From NCBI RefSeq assembly GCF_017889095.1, contig NZ_JAGHEW010000124.1, positions 1 through 48,665 of the forward strand: a stretch of DNA of 48,665 nt, given 5' to 3'. Position numbers and translations under genes: made by a program. Below, in pieces: positions 38,394-48,554 of the stretch; within the stretch, counting starts at the first letter, position 1, and every line of letters begins with the position of its first letter. Under the pieces are notes generated by a model that saw only the letters and a list, made by a program, of their open reading frames with translations, had not been told where the DNA came from and made no database searches. This DNA is from Thomasclavelia sp. GTDB taxonomy: Bacteria; Bacillota_I; Bacilli_A; Erysipelotrichales; Coprobacillaceae.

Positions 38394-39134
38394 TTAATCA
38401 TCCTCCACTTCATTTGGTTTGAACTGGTAATAAATATAAGCACAAACAAGACCGGTTAAGGCTACAGCCATTGTACTTAATCCAAAATACGTAGGTAAAA
38501 GGAAGCCTAGTAATAAAAAGCCAGCATATTTCCAATCAAAAGTGAACTTCATTAAAATACCAATACCAATTGCTGGTAATAGTTGACTGGCATTACTTAG
38601 ACCATATCTAATTACATCTGGGATTGAATCTATTACAGCTTGAATGGCAACTGATCCAGCTAAAAATCCTAATGCAATAACAACAAAATATACAATAAAA
38701 TAAATAATGCCACCACCTATACCAGTCCACCATATCATTTTTGTATTACAGGTTTCGACAGCTTTATTAGTCATTGATGATAAAATTGCTGAATTGGCAG
38801 TAGAAATAAATGTATTTAATACACTAGCTAACAACGCAACCGGAATAGCTAAAGCTACACCTTCTTCAACAGTTAGATTACTAGTTATTACAAGTGCTGA
38901 TGCTAATACACTGCCACTAACTACCTCGGTTGGTGCAGCTCCGATTTGAACTACACCAGCCCATACTAATTCTAAAGTACCGCCAATAATTATGCCTTGT
39001 TCAAGATTACCAAGAACAAGTCCAACAAGTGTACAAAGCCAAATTGGACGAGCAATCATTTGTTGTCCGAACCAGGATTGTTCAATTCGTCCATATCCAG
39101 CAACGAGTCCAACTAAAATCGCTTCTAGTATCAT
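38394..39134 (-). CDS. PTS mannose/fructose/sorbose family IIC
   Basis: RPIW..LVGLVLG..GIIIGGTLEL, LLPAIG. Confidence 0.95.
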   Translation of the reverse strand: MILEAILVGLVAGYGRIEQSWFGQQMIARPIWLCTLVGLVLGNLEQGIIIGGTLELVWAGVVQIGAAPTEVVSGSVLASALVITSNLTVEEGVALAIPVALLASVLNTFISTANSAILSSMTNKAVETCNTKMIWWTGIGGGIIYFIVYFVVIALGFLAGSVAIQAVIDSIPDVIRYGLSNASQLLPAIGIGILMKFTFDWKYAGFLLLGFLLPTYFGLSTMAVALTGLVCAYIYYQFKPNEVEDD

Positions 39135-39135
39135 G

Positions 39136-39657
39136 TTAATTTTCCTCCTCATTTATAAATTTTTTTGAAAACTCTTTAAAAGAAACTGGAGGGACTTGCG
39201 GAGTTATTTGAGCAAAAACATCAACACCTTTATCATGCATTCGCTTAAGACTGGCAAATTGTTCTTTTGAAGCATATACACCACTACTTATTTCAATTTT
39301 TCCTGTCATAGTACGCCCATTTGCACCATCCACTTCTGGACCAATATTAACTTTTTTAATTTCTGGACAATGATTTACCATATATTCAGCATCAAAAATA
39401 GTTCCAACAGTCATGAAGATTTTCTTTTTCTGAAATTTAGGCTCATTGATTCGTTTAATGGCATTGTCTAAAGTTAAAATATACATATCAACATTAGCAG
39501 GTTTAGCTAGTTTTAAAGTCATTTTATGAAAATTGTCATTTGCAGCACTATCATTAGCAACCATCAAAACATTTGGTTTGAGCTCACCAACCCAAGTAAC
39601 AGCAACCATCCCATGAACTAGACGACCATCTACTCTTAATAAACTAATCATTTTCAT
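39136..39657 (-). CDS. PTS mannose/fructose/sorbose family IIB
   Basis: RVDGRLVHGMV..W phospho-His motif. Confidence 0.95.
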   Translation of the reverse strand: MKMISLLRVDGRLVHGMVAVTWVGELKPNVLMVANDSAANDNFHKMTLKLAKPANVDMYILTLDNAIKRINEPKFQKKKIFMTVGTIFDAEYMVNHCPEIKKVNIGPEVDGANGRTMTGKIEISSGVYASKEQFASLKRMHDKGVDVFAQITPQVPPVSFKEFSKKFINEEEN

Positions 39658-40054
39658 TACATCCTTTCTTAATATCAGCAGTTATTAAATTATTCATATA
39701 ACAGCATTGTTGTTTTGATGCATCAATTATTTGTAGTAATTCTTGACTTGACAGATCTTCAGCTTTGAAAACACACTCTAAGATCATTTGTAGGTTCATA
39801 CCTGTTATAAGATGAAATTTAAAATCTTTTAAACATTTAAAAAAATATTGGTTTACTGAACCTCCTAATAAATCAGTAAAAACGATGCAGTTTTTTTGTA
39901 AATTATCTCTTAAAATTTTTCGTATTTTATTTTCAAAATTAGATTCATCAACAGTTTGTTCTATTATTATGATATTTTTTGCACCAAAATATTCTAGTGT
40001 ATTTTTCATACCTGAAGCAAGTTTACCGTGAGATGAAATAATTATTTGGTTCAT
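39644..40054 (-). CDS. PTS mannose/fructose family IIA
   Basis: IIISSHG.LASG, TDLLGGSV, TGMNL. Confidence 0.95.
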   Translation of the reverse strand: MNQIIISSHGKLASGMKNTLEYFGAKNIIIIEQTVDESNFENKIRKILRDNLQKNCIVFTDLLGGSVNQYFFKCLKDFKFHLITGMNLQMILECVFKAEDLSSQELLQIIDASKQQCCYMNNLITADIKKGCNEND

Positions 40055-40084
40055 AAACTCTATGTGTTCCTCCTTTCAATATTA

Positions 40085-40240
40085 TAGAACTATCAGACTA
40101 TAATCATAATAGCATAAATATATATTTAAGTAAATAATAATTGTATATTTAATGAGAAATAGAATATTTTATACATAATAAATATATATTTATATTGAAA
40201 AAATAGAAAATTATGATATATTTAATGTAGAACTATCAGA
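40085..40240. promoter_or_regulatory. Divergent promoter region with two identical 13-bp sites (candidate GntR operators)
   Basis: TAGAACTATCAGA at 40085-40097 and 40228-40240, each just downstream of a TG-n-TATNNT-like -10. Confidence 0.55.
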
Positions 40241-40265
40241 TAAATATACTATGAGGAGAATATTT

Positions 40266-41372
40266 ATGGAAAAAGATAAATTATCAATGATTGGACATAT
40301 TAAAGATACTTCGCGCGTTTTAAAAAAGGCATATGAAACAAGAAATCTATATATGAAAGATTTTGTAGATGCCTTTGTAAATAATAATTTTAAGAAAGTT
40401 TATTTTTTAGGTTCGGGAACTTCCCATCATGTAGCTTTAGTTATCAAAAACATATTTGTAGACCTTTTAAATATAGAAGGATGTGCAATTCCACCAACAT
40501 TATTTACTTATCACGAAAAGATCAATCCAGCACAAGTTTTTGAACCACAAGAAATATGTGTCATTGGATTTTCACAACATGGTGATAGTATTTCAACATG
40601 CGATGCTTTAAAGAAAGCATATGATGATGGATATTTTACAATCGCTGTTACAGAACAGTTAGATAGTGTATTACAACAATATGGTAAAGCATATTGTCAT
40701 TTGGTTTGTGAAGAGGAAGAAATAGGACCTGAGACAAGAGGCTATACAGAAACTATTTTTCAATTTTATTTGCAAGCAATTGAAATAGCAAAACAAAAAA
40801 ATATCATTGGAAAAGATGATTTTGAAAATCTTGATTTTGTGGCAAAAGAGTTAAGTAATAGTTTGGATTTAGTTGTAAAAGAATCTATTGATTGGTATAA
40901 TCGTAATAGAAATGAGTTTTTGCAAATGACTAAATCGTCGATTGCTGGATATGGCTATAATTACCCAACGGCATTAGAAGGGCGTCTTAAATTTTTTGAA
41001 ACTTATGGCAGACCATGTACAGCGTATGAAATGGAAGAACAAATGCATGGACCAATGCGTGCTTATGACCAGAATAATTATATCTTTTTAATTGCTTCAC
41101 AAGGTGAAGCTGAGAAAAAAAGATTAAATGAACTTTTAGGATATTATAAAGATGTATTTACTAAGCATGTTTTTGTAATAACGAGTGAAAGTGATCAAGA
41201 AGTTAGTGATCGAGATTTAAAGCTAAGCATTACTACATCTGATATTCTTTCCCCAATTATTTATATTATACCATTTCAAGTGTTATCAGCTTTGATATGT
41301 GAAGATACTGGTATTGATACTAAGGTTAGTCCAATTAAAAAGCGTTATGTTTCTTCGCATTATTTAAAATAA
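40266..41372 (+). CDS. Double-SIS-domain sugar-phosphate isomerase/deglycase (GlmS-C/AgaS/FrlB-like)
   Basis: GSGTS, SQHGDS, ETRGYT, ALEG.LK..E, EEQMHGP. Confidence 0.88.
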   Translation: MEKDKLSMIGHIKDTSRVLKKAYETRNLYMKDFVDAFVNNNFKKVYFLGSGTSHHVALVIKNIFVDLLNIEGCAIPPTLFTYHEKINPAQVFEPQEICVIGFSQHGDSISTCDALKKAYDDGYFTIAVTEQLDSVLQQYGKAYCHLVCEEEEIGPETRGYTETIFQFYLQAIEIAKQKNIIGKDDFENLDFVAKELSNSLDLVVKESIDWYNRNRNEFLQMTKSSIAGYGYNYPTALEGRLKFFETYGRPCTAYEMEEQMHGPMRAYDQNNYIFLIASQGEAEKKRLNELLGYYKDVFTKHVFVITSESDQEVSDRDLKLSITTSDILSPIIYIIPFQVLSALICEDTGIDTKVSPIKKRYVSSHYLK

Positions 41373-41375
41373 TTA

Positions 41376-41403
41376 ATAAGGCAAACCAATTGGTTTGCCT
41401 TAT
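41376..41403. repeat. Perfect 28-bp palindrome between the SIS and gntR genes
   Basis: ATAAGGCAAACCAATTGGTTTGCCTTAT. Confidence 0.8.
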
Positions 41404-41424
41404 AAATAGGTGGGTGGTGAAATT

Positions 41425-42171
41425 TTGAAAAAAATTGCTAAATATATGGAAATTTTTAATTATTTTAAAGACAAGATAGAAAATGGAGAGTTAGTGGTAA
41501 ATACTTTATTACCTTCAGAGGATGAAATAATCGAACAATTTTCAGTAAGTCATATGACTATATCTAGAAGTATGAATGAATTAGCTGCGCATGGATATAT
41601 TAAAAGAATAAAAGGAAAAGGGACTTATGTTGATGATGGTTATAAGACTAAAATTGAAAAAGATATAGTAGAATTTGAAAGTATTACAGAGATGATTAGT
41701 AATGCTGGTTTAACGCCATCATGTGAATTGATTAAATATTTAATCATTAAAGGAAAAGATATTCCTGATGTTGCTAGAAAATTAGAAATTGATGAAAATG
41801 ATTTTGTTCACTTTTTTGTACGTGCCAGGTATGGGAATGATTCATTAATTTGCCTTTCGTATACATATATCTCACAAGAAATTTTACCAACGATTAATAT
41901 TAAAAAATTGGAAGGCTCTTTTAATGAATACGTAGATGAATTAAAAATTGAGCGTTCATATGGATATATGGAATTAGGAGCAGCTTTACCAGATAAAGAA
42001 CAAAGTAAGATCATTGGATCATCACATGTACCATTATTAAAACAAACCATTATGTGGTATGCTGGGGTACAACCGTTTGAGTTGACCACACACTACTTTA
42101 TTGCAAATAAATTTTCAATTAGGCAAGAGCGGGTAGCTACAAGTAATAAGCTATTTTGTCATGAAAGATAA
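41425..42171 (+). CDS. GntR/HutC-family regulator (UTRA)
   Basis: LPSE..I..QFSVSHMTI...G.I.RIKGKGTYV HTH followed by a UTRA-like domain. ORF track start is 41410. Confidence 0.92.
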   Translation: MKKIAKYMEIFNYFKDKIENGELVVNTLLPSEDEIIEQFSVSHMTISRSMNELAAHGYIKRIKGKGTYVDDGYKTKIEKDIVEFESITEMISNAGLTPSCELIKYLIIKGKDIPDVARKLEIDENDFVHFFVRARYGNDSLICLSYTYISQEILPTINIKKLEGSFNEYVDELKIERSYGYMELGAALPDKEQSKIIGSSHVPLLKQTIMWYAGVQPFELTTHYFIANKFSIRQERVATSNKLFCHER

Positions 42172-42183
42172 TTATATAAAAAA

Positions 42184-42212
42184 GGAGACTTTATATTAAG
42201 ATTAAAGTCTCC
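42184..42212. terminator. Bidirectional terminator
   Basis: GGAGACTTTA/TAAAGTCTCC stem flanked by A and T tracts. Confidence 0.75.
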
Positions 42213-42250
42213 AATTTTTATTTGTTTATGTACGAATAAAATTAAAATTC

Positions 42251-43096
42251 CTATAAAAATAAAATACTAATAACCCCAACAATTAAACAATATAAAGAAA
42301 AAACATTCAATTTTTTCTTATCTAACAGTTTAAATAATAATTGTAAGGCAGCATAAGTGACTACTCCGCTGACGATAAAAGCAACTAAATATGGTAGCCA
42401 TAGAGTAGCTAAAGTAGTTGAATTGATAAAATCAGGCAATTTTAAAATAATTGCGCCCACACTTACCGGCATAAACATGAAAAAAGAAAAATCCCGAGCT
42501 GCCTTTTGTGACAATCCGCCTAACATCCCACCAGTTAAAGTTGAACCACTACGAGAAATCCCTGGCATTAATGCTAATAATTGGAAAAATCCCATCCGCA
42601 AGGCATCAAAAAGATTTAATTTTCGTGCTTTGCGTTTTCCCCGATAACCAAATTTATGTACTAACAATAAAAAGTTAGCAGTTACTAAAAGCATACAGCC
42701 AACTAATTTAGGATTAGAAAAAGCTGCTTCAATTTTATCATTGAGTAAGTATCCGCCAATGGCTGCAGGAATAGTAGCAACTATTAATAAAATACAATAT
42801 CTAAACTCGCATTCATAATATTTACGTTTTCTTGTATCGCCACTAATATAACTAAAAAAGGCAATGAATAATCCAATTATTTGCTGGCGATAATAATACA
42901 TGATTGCAAGCAGGGAACCAGTATTGACGATAACTTCAAAAGTTATGTCATTCATTTGTGGGACCATTAATCCTAGTTTTTCAAAAATACTTTGGAAAAT
43001 AACTAGATGACCACTACTTGAAATGGGAATTGGTTCACTAAATCCCTGAATAGCACCAAGGATACTATAAACAATGATGTTTTTGATTAATTCCAT
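42251..43096 (-). CDS. uppP: Undecaprenyl-diphosphate phosphatase
   Basis: QGFSEPIPISSSGHL and PGISRSG motifs. Confidence 0.95.
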   Translation of the reverse strand: MELIKNIIVYSILGAIQGFSEPIPISSSGHLVIFQSIFEKLGLMVPQMNDITFEVIVNTGSLLAIMYYYRQQIIGLFIAFFSYISGDTRKRKYYECEFRYCILLIVATIPAAIGGYLLNDKIEAAFSNPKLVGCMLLVTANFLLLVHKFGYRGKRKARKLNLFDALRMGFFQLLALMPGISRSGSTLTGGMLGGLSQKAARDFSFFMFMPVSVGAIILKLPDFINSTTLATLWLPYLVAFIVSGVVTYAALQLLFKLLDKKKLNVFSLYCLIVGVISILFL

Positions 43097-43193
43097 TTTT
43101 TCACCTCAGGCACCATTATAGCCTAATTGAAAATAAAAAGATACAAAAAACATGATTTAATAAAAATAACATATATTTATATGGGAGGAATGT

Positions 43194-43772
43194 ATGAAAG
43201 ATGTTATTGTAAACTGGGTCAAAGAAGATGAAGAGTTATTAGAACCCTATGAATGGGATGAAGATGATGATCTTGAGATTATTTCGCGCTTAGAAGCTTA
43301 TCGGGTTGATCAAAAAACTCTTCATGATTTTATTTATGGCTGTATTAATTTATTTGATCAAGAATATTTTAATCGTATTTTTATTGTTGGCGATGGTAAA
43401 TATAGTGTGGTTGTTGAAATCAATCCTAATGGAAAATTAGCTTATCGTTCTTTGATGACAATGAAACAGCGTCAGGAAATTAATATTTATTTAAATAAGC
43501 AAACCTTTACTGTTTTTAATTATCATATGTATGATGAAGGTTTGCTTAAAGAATATGGATTAACAAGACAGGAAAGAATTAAAAAACAGTATGTTGAACA
43601 CATGGTCGATAAATTATATTTAGAAGATTATAATCGTTTTTTAAAAGTATGTAAGCAATTAGAAATTCATGGTGATAAAAGTATTGATAAATATTTGCAT
43701 TTAAAGAAGAAATTAGAAGTTGGTTATTCGTTTATTCATGAGCTTTTATATAACCAGTTTGTAAAAAAATAG
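43194..43772 (+). CDS. YjbA/DUF3603-like protein
   Basis: DVIVNW..YEW..DD.E, GDG, RS, GLTRQER pattern; near spx as in Bacilli. Confidence 0.6.
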   Translation: MKDVIVNWVKEDEELLEPYEWDEDDDLEIISRLEAYRVDQKTLHDFIYGCINLFDQEYFNRIFIVGDGKYSVVVEINPNGKLAYRSLMTMKQRQEINIYLNKQTFTVFNYHMYDEGLLKEYGLTRQERIKKQYVEHMVDKLYLEDYNRFLKVCKQLEIHGDKSIDKYLHLKKKLEVGYSFIHELLYNQFVKK

Positions 43773-43800
43773 AATTGTTGACAAAAATAAATAACTGTGA

Positions 43801-43826
43801 TACTGTATTAGTGTATTAATACAGTA
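43801..43826. promoter_or_regulatory. YtrA-type GntR operator palindrome
   Basis: TACTGTATTA-GTGTAT-TAATACAGTA, downstream of TTGACA (43778) and just before the RBS of the ABC operon. Confidence 0.75.
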
Positions 43827-43837
43827 GGAGGTATAAT

Positions 43838-44536
43838 ATGAATAATTTATTAGAAATAAGAGGTGTAACTAAAAAATATGGATCCTTTAAAGCTTTAGAT
43901 AATGTTTCATTAAACTTATCAGCTGGTAAGATCGTTGGATTATTAGGACCTAATGGTTCTGGAAAAACAACATTAATTAAAATAATCAATGGTTTGTTAA
44001 AAGATTTTTGGGGTGAAATTTTAGTTGCTGGTAATCCTATAGGGGTTGAATCACGTAAAGTTATTTCATACTTACCAGATGAAAACTATTTCCAGGACTG
44101 GATGTATGTTAAAGATGTTTTAAATATTTTTAATGATTTATATCAAGATTTTGATCAGGAAAATTGTTTAACATTGATGAAAAGATTTGATTTAAATCCA
44201 AATATGAAAATTAAATCAATGTCTAAAGGGATGAAAGAAAAATTTCAGTTATGTTTAGTAATGTCAAGAAAAGCGAAAATTTATATTTTGGATGAACCGA
44301 TTGCTGGTGTTGATCCCGCTGCCAGGGAAGTTATTTTAGATGTTATTTTAAATAATTATCAAAAAGATGCTTTAGTGCTAATTTCAACTCATTTAATTAG
44401 TGATCTGGAAACTATTTTTGATGAAGTAGTTTTCTTAAAAGAAGGGAAAGTAGTCTTACATCAAGAAACAGAAGAATTAAGATTACAACGAAAACAATCA
44501 ATCGATGAGGCATTTAGGGAGGTATTTAAATGTTAA
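43838..44536 (+). CDS. ABC transporter ATP-binding protein (YtrB-like)
   Basis: GPNGSGKT, MSKG, ILDEP, STH. Confidence 0.95.
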   Translation: MNNLLEIRGVTKKYGSFKALDNVSLNLSAGKIVGLLGPNGSGKTTLIKIINGLLKDFWGEILVAGNPIGVESRKVISYLPDENYFQDWMYVKDVLNIFNDLYQDFDQENCLTLMKRFDLNPNMKIKSMSKGMKEKFQLCLVMSRKAKIYILDEPIAGVDPAAREVILDVILNNYQKDALVLISTHLISDLETIFDEVVFLKEGKVVLHQETEELRLQRKQSIDEAFREVFKC

Positions 44537-45237
44537 AACTATTAAAATATGAAATTATTGAATCATATCGGCAGTATTTATTAACTTTTTTAGTCTTTTT
44601 ATTATTGTGTGTTGTTACTCCTTTAATGCCCATTACAACAATTACGGGTATTTTAAGCGTTTTAACTTCCGTTTGTTTTTTTGGAATTATTATTGCGATG
44701 TTTTTAAATGTGATCATCAGCTTTAATCGTTCAATGTATAAACGACCTGGTTATTTAACTTTGACGCTGCCAGTAAGCAGTGAAAAGTTAATTGGTGCTA
44801 AATTAATTGGCAGCTTAATCTGGATCAGTGCCAGTATGCTTGTGCTGTTAGTTGGGATTACGATTCTTTTATTTACAACTGGTGAAGTTAGGATGGCAAA
44901 TTTTTTTGAAGCACTAATAATAGTTGTAAAAAGGACATTTAGTAACTTTGACGTTTTTTTGATCTATTTAGTTGATTATCTTGCTTTTATGTCAGCAATT
45001 ATTTTATCATTTTATTTAGTGATTACTTTTACCAAAACAAAATTTATACCTAAATATAAAACATTTGTCGGAATTGCGATATATTTTATTAGCTGGATAG
45101 TAATTTTTAGCTTTTTAGAAAGATTGCCTATTGTCTATAGTAATGAAATATCATCTATTTGCTTAGGAGTTTGTTTGTCATTGATCTTTTTTGTAGCAAC
45201 AGTATATTTGATCAATCATCAAATTGAAGTTGAATAA
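44530..45237 (+). CDS. ABC-2 type permease
   Basis: LLKYE start, GYLTLTLPVS..LI.AKL, six TMs. Confidence 0.85.
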   Translation: MLKLLKYEIIESYRQYLLTFLVFLLLCVVTPLMPITTITGILSVLTSVCFFGIIIAMFLNVIISFNRSMYKRPGYLTLTLPVSSEKLIGAKLIGSLIWISASMLVLLVGITILLFTTGEVRMANFFEALIIVVKRTFSNFDVFLIYLVDYLAFMSAIILSFYLVITFTKTKFIPKYKTFVGIAIYFISWIVIFSFLERLPIVYSNEISSICLGVCLSLIFFVATVYLINHQIEVE

Positions 45238-45238
45238 G

Positions 45239-45595
45239 ATGAAATATGAATTTGACTCTAATTTACCAATCTATCTTCAAGTAATGGAGATAATTAAAAA
45301 CGAGATCTTTGACCATCATTATAATCCTGGTGATAAAATTGCTTCAGTTAGAGAAATGGCGCTGGCCTATGGTGTGAATCCTAATACGATTCAAAAAGCT
45401 CTTAATGAATTAGAACGGACAGGTATTATTTACAGTAAAAGAGCGGTTGGCCGTTATGTAGGTGAAGATATTGAATTAATTGAAAGAATGAAAAAAGAAG
45501 TTATTAATGAAAAAATTGCTGCTTTTTTAAATGAAATGCAGGAAATGGGCTATGATAAAAATATGATTATTAAAATGATCGAGGAATTTGAATAG
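45239..45595 (+). CDS. GntR/YtrA-family regulator
   Basis: PIYLQ, SVREMA..GVNPNTIQKA..ELER. Confidence 0.93.
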   Translation: MKYEFDSNLPIYLQVMEIIKNEIFDHHYNPGDKIASVREMALAYGVNPNTIQKALNELERTGIIYSKRAVGRYVGEDIELIERMKKEVINEKIAAFLNEMQEMGYDKNMIIKMIEEFE

Positions 45596-45731
45596 TTACA
45601 AATTCCTTGATTTTTTTTATTATTTACTAAAATAGTTGAGTGATTAGACAATCAAACTTGACTTATTCGTTAAAAAAGATAGAAAAAAAATAAATTTTAT
45701 GTATAATAGTATAGGTAAGGGAGATGATATT

Positions 45732-46184
45732 ATGATTCGTATCTATACTGCACCAAGTTGTGCATCATGTCGAAAGGTTAAGGCATGGCTGAAAGAACAT
45801 AATATTCCTTATGTGGAAAAAAATATTTTTTCAACCTTGCTTAGAGAAGTTGAATTAAAAGAATTGTTAGAGCGAAGTGAAAATGGTACTGATGATATCA
45901 TTTCTAAACGAAGTAAAGTTATCAAAGAAAATGATATTGATTTAGATAGTATGTCAATTAATGAATTAATTAAGTTCATTCAAGCTAATCCATCAGTATT
46001 AAAAAGACCAATTATGATCGATGAACGTCGTTTTCAGGTTGGTTATAATGCTGAGGAGATTAGAGTTTTCATTCCTCGTGAATTACGGAAATTAGCAGAA
46101 TGTCCTAATAGTGACCTCTGCCCTCAATTCATAAATAATCCAAATTCGATTAAAGAGGCTTATCACCAAGAAAATAAGCAGTGA
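45732..46184 (+). CDS. spx: Spx/MgsR-family transcriptional regulator
   Basis: IYTAPSCASCRK CxxC, SENGTDDIISKRS, LKRPI, VGYN.EEIR.F.PR. ATG 45732 after GGGAG. Confidence 0.92.
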   Translation: MIRIYTAPSCASCRKVKAWLKEHNIPYVEKNIFSTLLREVELKELLERSENGTDDIISKRSKVIKENDIDLDSMSINELIKFIQANPSVLKRPIMIDERRFQVGYNAEEIRVFIPRELRKLAECPNSDLCPQFINNPNSIKEAYHQENKQ

Positions 46185-46205
46185 TAATAAAATTCACTGC
46201 TTTTT
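46176..46205. terminator. Bidirectional terminator spx/CYTH
   Basis: AAGCAGTGA/TCACTGCTT followed by a T tract. Confidence 0.7.
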
Positions 46206-46767
46206 ATTTTGGAATGCTAGTAAGCATACGATTAATTTTACTCATACAATTATGTTCGTATGTTAAATTATATTGACCAATAAAATCAAGAAAAGCTTGT
46301 TTACCAGTTTGATAATCATTGACCTCATACTCTAATTCATAATCGTAAAGATGATTATAGGAATTAAAATCAACGCAGATTAATCCTTCATTAGTGACTA
46401 TTTCATGACGAATAGTAGTTAAATAATAATCAGTGATAAACATCATACTATTTAGATTTAAAGGTTTAAGTTTATCAAAAACTTCATTTTCAACTAACTG
46501 ATGATTTAAGATTTTATCTTTAGTTTCCTGATCAATCATTAAATTAGTTTCTAAAGTTCCTTGTTTTTGTGGCTGTTTTAAAGTTAATTCAAACTGATTA
46601 TCTTTATCCCGAATTCTAAGTGAATAACGCAGTTTCGATAAACGAGGATGTAATAAATAATGATTAGTTTGCTGGTAAGTACGATTAGGCGGATATTCAT
46701 TGATGATTCGATTATAAATATCTTTCGTAATTAGTATTTTAAATTCTATTTCTAAGTTTTCTTCCAT
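46204..46767 (-). CDS. CYTH domain protein (YjbK-like)
   Basis: EIEFK, QTNHY, LRIR, LTLK, DYELEYE. ATG 46767 after GGAGG. Confidence 0.9.
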   Translation of the reverse strand: MEENLEIEFKILITKDIYNRIINEYPPNRTYQQTNHYLLHPRLSKLRYSLRIRDKDNQFELTLKQPQKQGTLETNLMIDQETKDKILNHQLVENEVFDKLKPLNLNSMMFITDYYLTTIRHEIVTNEGLICVDFNSYNHLYDYELEYEVNDYQTGKQAFLDFIGQYNLTYEHNCMSKINRMLTSIPK

Positions 46768-46820
46768 AGTATCCTCCATTGTTATATAATATATTATAGA
46801 CGTTAAGGTTGGTGAAAACA

Positions 46821-47603
46821 ATGTTACAATATGCAATACTTAAAAAACAAGATGAAATTTCAAATCAAATAGCTAATCAGATTAAAGCAGGACTGACATC
46901 ATTTGCTATCAACAATCAGGAAAATCCGGATTTAGTAATAAGTATTGGCGGTGATGGAACGATGCTAACATCAGTTCATCAGTATTTAAATCAAGATGTT
47001 GGCTTCATTGGAGTACATACTGGTACTTTAGGTTTTTATACTGATTATTTAAAAGATGAAATTGATGAATTGATCGAAGCGATTAAAAGTAATCAATACA
47101 AAATAAATCATCGTAATTTACTAGAAGTTACTGTTTTTTATCAGGATCAAAAAGAAGTTTATTTAGCCCTTAATGAAATGCGTATTGATTATGGTTTTGT
47201 AACCCAGGTGATTGATGTTTATATTGATGATGAATTATTAGAAGTATTTAGAGGTAATGGTTTATGTGTTTCGACACCATCAGGTTCTACTGCTTATAAT
47301 AAATCAATCGGTGGTGCTGTAATTTATCCGGGTACACCATTAATGCAGTTAAGTGAAGTTGCTCCAATCCAGCACAATGCTTATCGCAGTTTAGGAGCGA
47401 GTATGATTTTAGATGCTAGTCGGGTTATCAAACTTGAAAGTAAACATTTTAAACAGCTTAGCATGGGAATTGATAATCTTCATTTTGATTTTACGGATGT
47501 AAAAAAAATTGAAATTAAAATAGCTGATCAAACCGTTAAATTTATCGAATATCGTCCGATTTCTTTCATTCAGCGAATTAGAAGGGCGTTTATTTGGCAA
47601 TGA
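46821..47603 (+). CDS. nadK: NAD kinase
   Basis: GGDGT, HTGTLGFY, LNE, STPSGSTAYNKS. Confidence 0.95.
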   Translation: MLQYAILKKQDEISNQIANQIKAGLTSFAINNQENPDLVISIGGDGTMLTSVHQYLNQDVGFIGVHTGTLGFYTDYLKDEIDELIEAIKSNQYKINHRNLLEVTVFYQDQKEVYLALNEMRIDYGFVTQVIDVYIDDELLEVFRGNGLCVSTPSGSTAYNKSIGGAVIYPGTPLMQLSEVAPIQHNAYRSLGASMILDASRVIKLESKHFKQLSMGIDNLHFDFTDVKKIEIKIADQTVKFIEYRPISFIQRIRRAFIWQ

Positions 47604-48409
47604 TATTAAAATCAAATCAAGATATTTTGTTGCGTGATTTTTTATTAAACCAGAATATTAGTAAAAAAGCACTTAAACGAATCAAAATGCAAGGAGATAT
47701 ATTAGTTAATGGGATTCATCAGACTGTTAGATATCAATTAAAAGTAGGTGATATCGTGGAACTAGTTTGGCCATTAGAACAAAATCAGTTAACTCCTTAT
47801 GATTTACCTTTAAAAATCTATTATGAAGATGATTATTATTTAATTGTCGATAAACCGCCAGGATTACCAAGTATTCCAACTAAACGCTACGTAGATAAAA
47901 CTCTTGCTAATGCATTAACAGCTTATTATTTAAACAATCAGCTTAAAGCAACGATTCATTTAGTTAATCGTTTAGACAAAGATACCCAGGGACTTTTGCT
48001 GATTGCTAAAAACAGCTATAGTCACTATTTACTTTCTAAAGATATTAAACAAGTAAAACGTGTTTATCACTGTTTGGTTGATGGTAAATTAAAGGGGTCA
48101 GGTACGATCAATCAGCCTATTATTAAAGATAGTAATAGTGTAAAACGTTTGATCTCTCCTGATGGTAAACAGGCAATAACTCATTATCGGACTTTATCTT
48201 ATAATGAATTTCAAAGTAAACTAGAGTGTATTTTAGAAACAGGACGTACTCATCAAATAAGGGTTCATCTAGCTAGTCTTAATCATCCTTTAACGGGTGA
48301 TGATTTATATGGTTCTAAACAGCCAGGACCCTACCATTTAGATAGTATTTCGTTATCGTTTATCCATCCTTATACAAACCAATTAATTGAAGTTACCAAG
48401 CTAGATTGA
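47600..48409 (+). CDS. RluA-family pseudouridine synthase
   Basis: DKPPG, NRLDKDTQG, TGRTHQIRVH, GDDLY. Confidence 0.95.
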   Translation: MILKSNQDILLRDFLLNQNISKKALKRIKMQGDILVNGIHQTVRYQLKVGDIVELVWPLEQNQLTPYDLPLKIYYEDDYYLIVDKPPGLPSIPTKRYVDKTLANALTAYYLNNQLKATIHLVNRLDKDTQGLLLIAKNSYSHYLLSKDIKQVKRVYHCLVDGKLKGSGTINQPIIKDSNSVKRLISPDGKQAITHYRTLSYNEFQSKLECILETGRTHQIRVHLASLNHPLTGDDLYGSKQPGPYHLDSISLSFIHPYTNQLIEVTKLD

Positions 48410-48425
48410 TAATCTAGTTTTTTTT
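48398..48425 (+). terminator. Intrinsic terminator
   Basis: CTAGATT-GAT-AATCTAG followed by T8. Confidence 0.75.
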
Positions 48426-48554
48426 AAAAAATTTAAAATAAAAAAAGAAAAAACACTAAGTGCGGTTGTATATAGATAGTAGAGGAATAAATTATGTAGT
48501 ATAATGTCTTTAGATTTAATGCTTTATTCTTCTAATTGAGATAGGAGGATAAAG

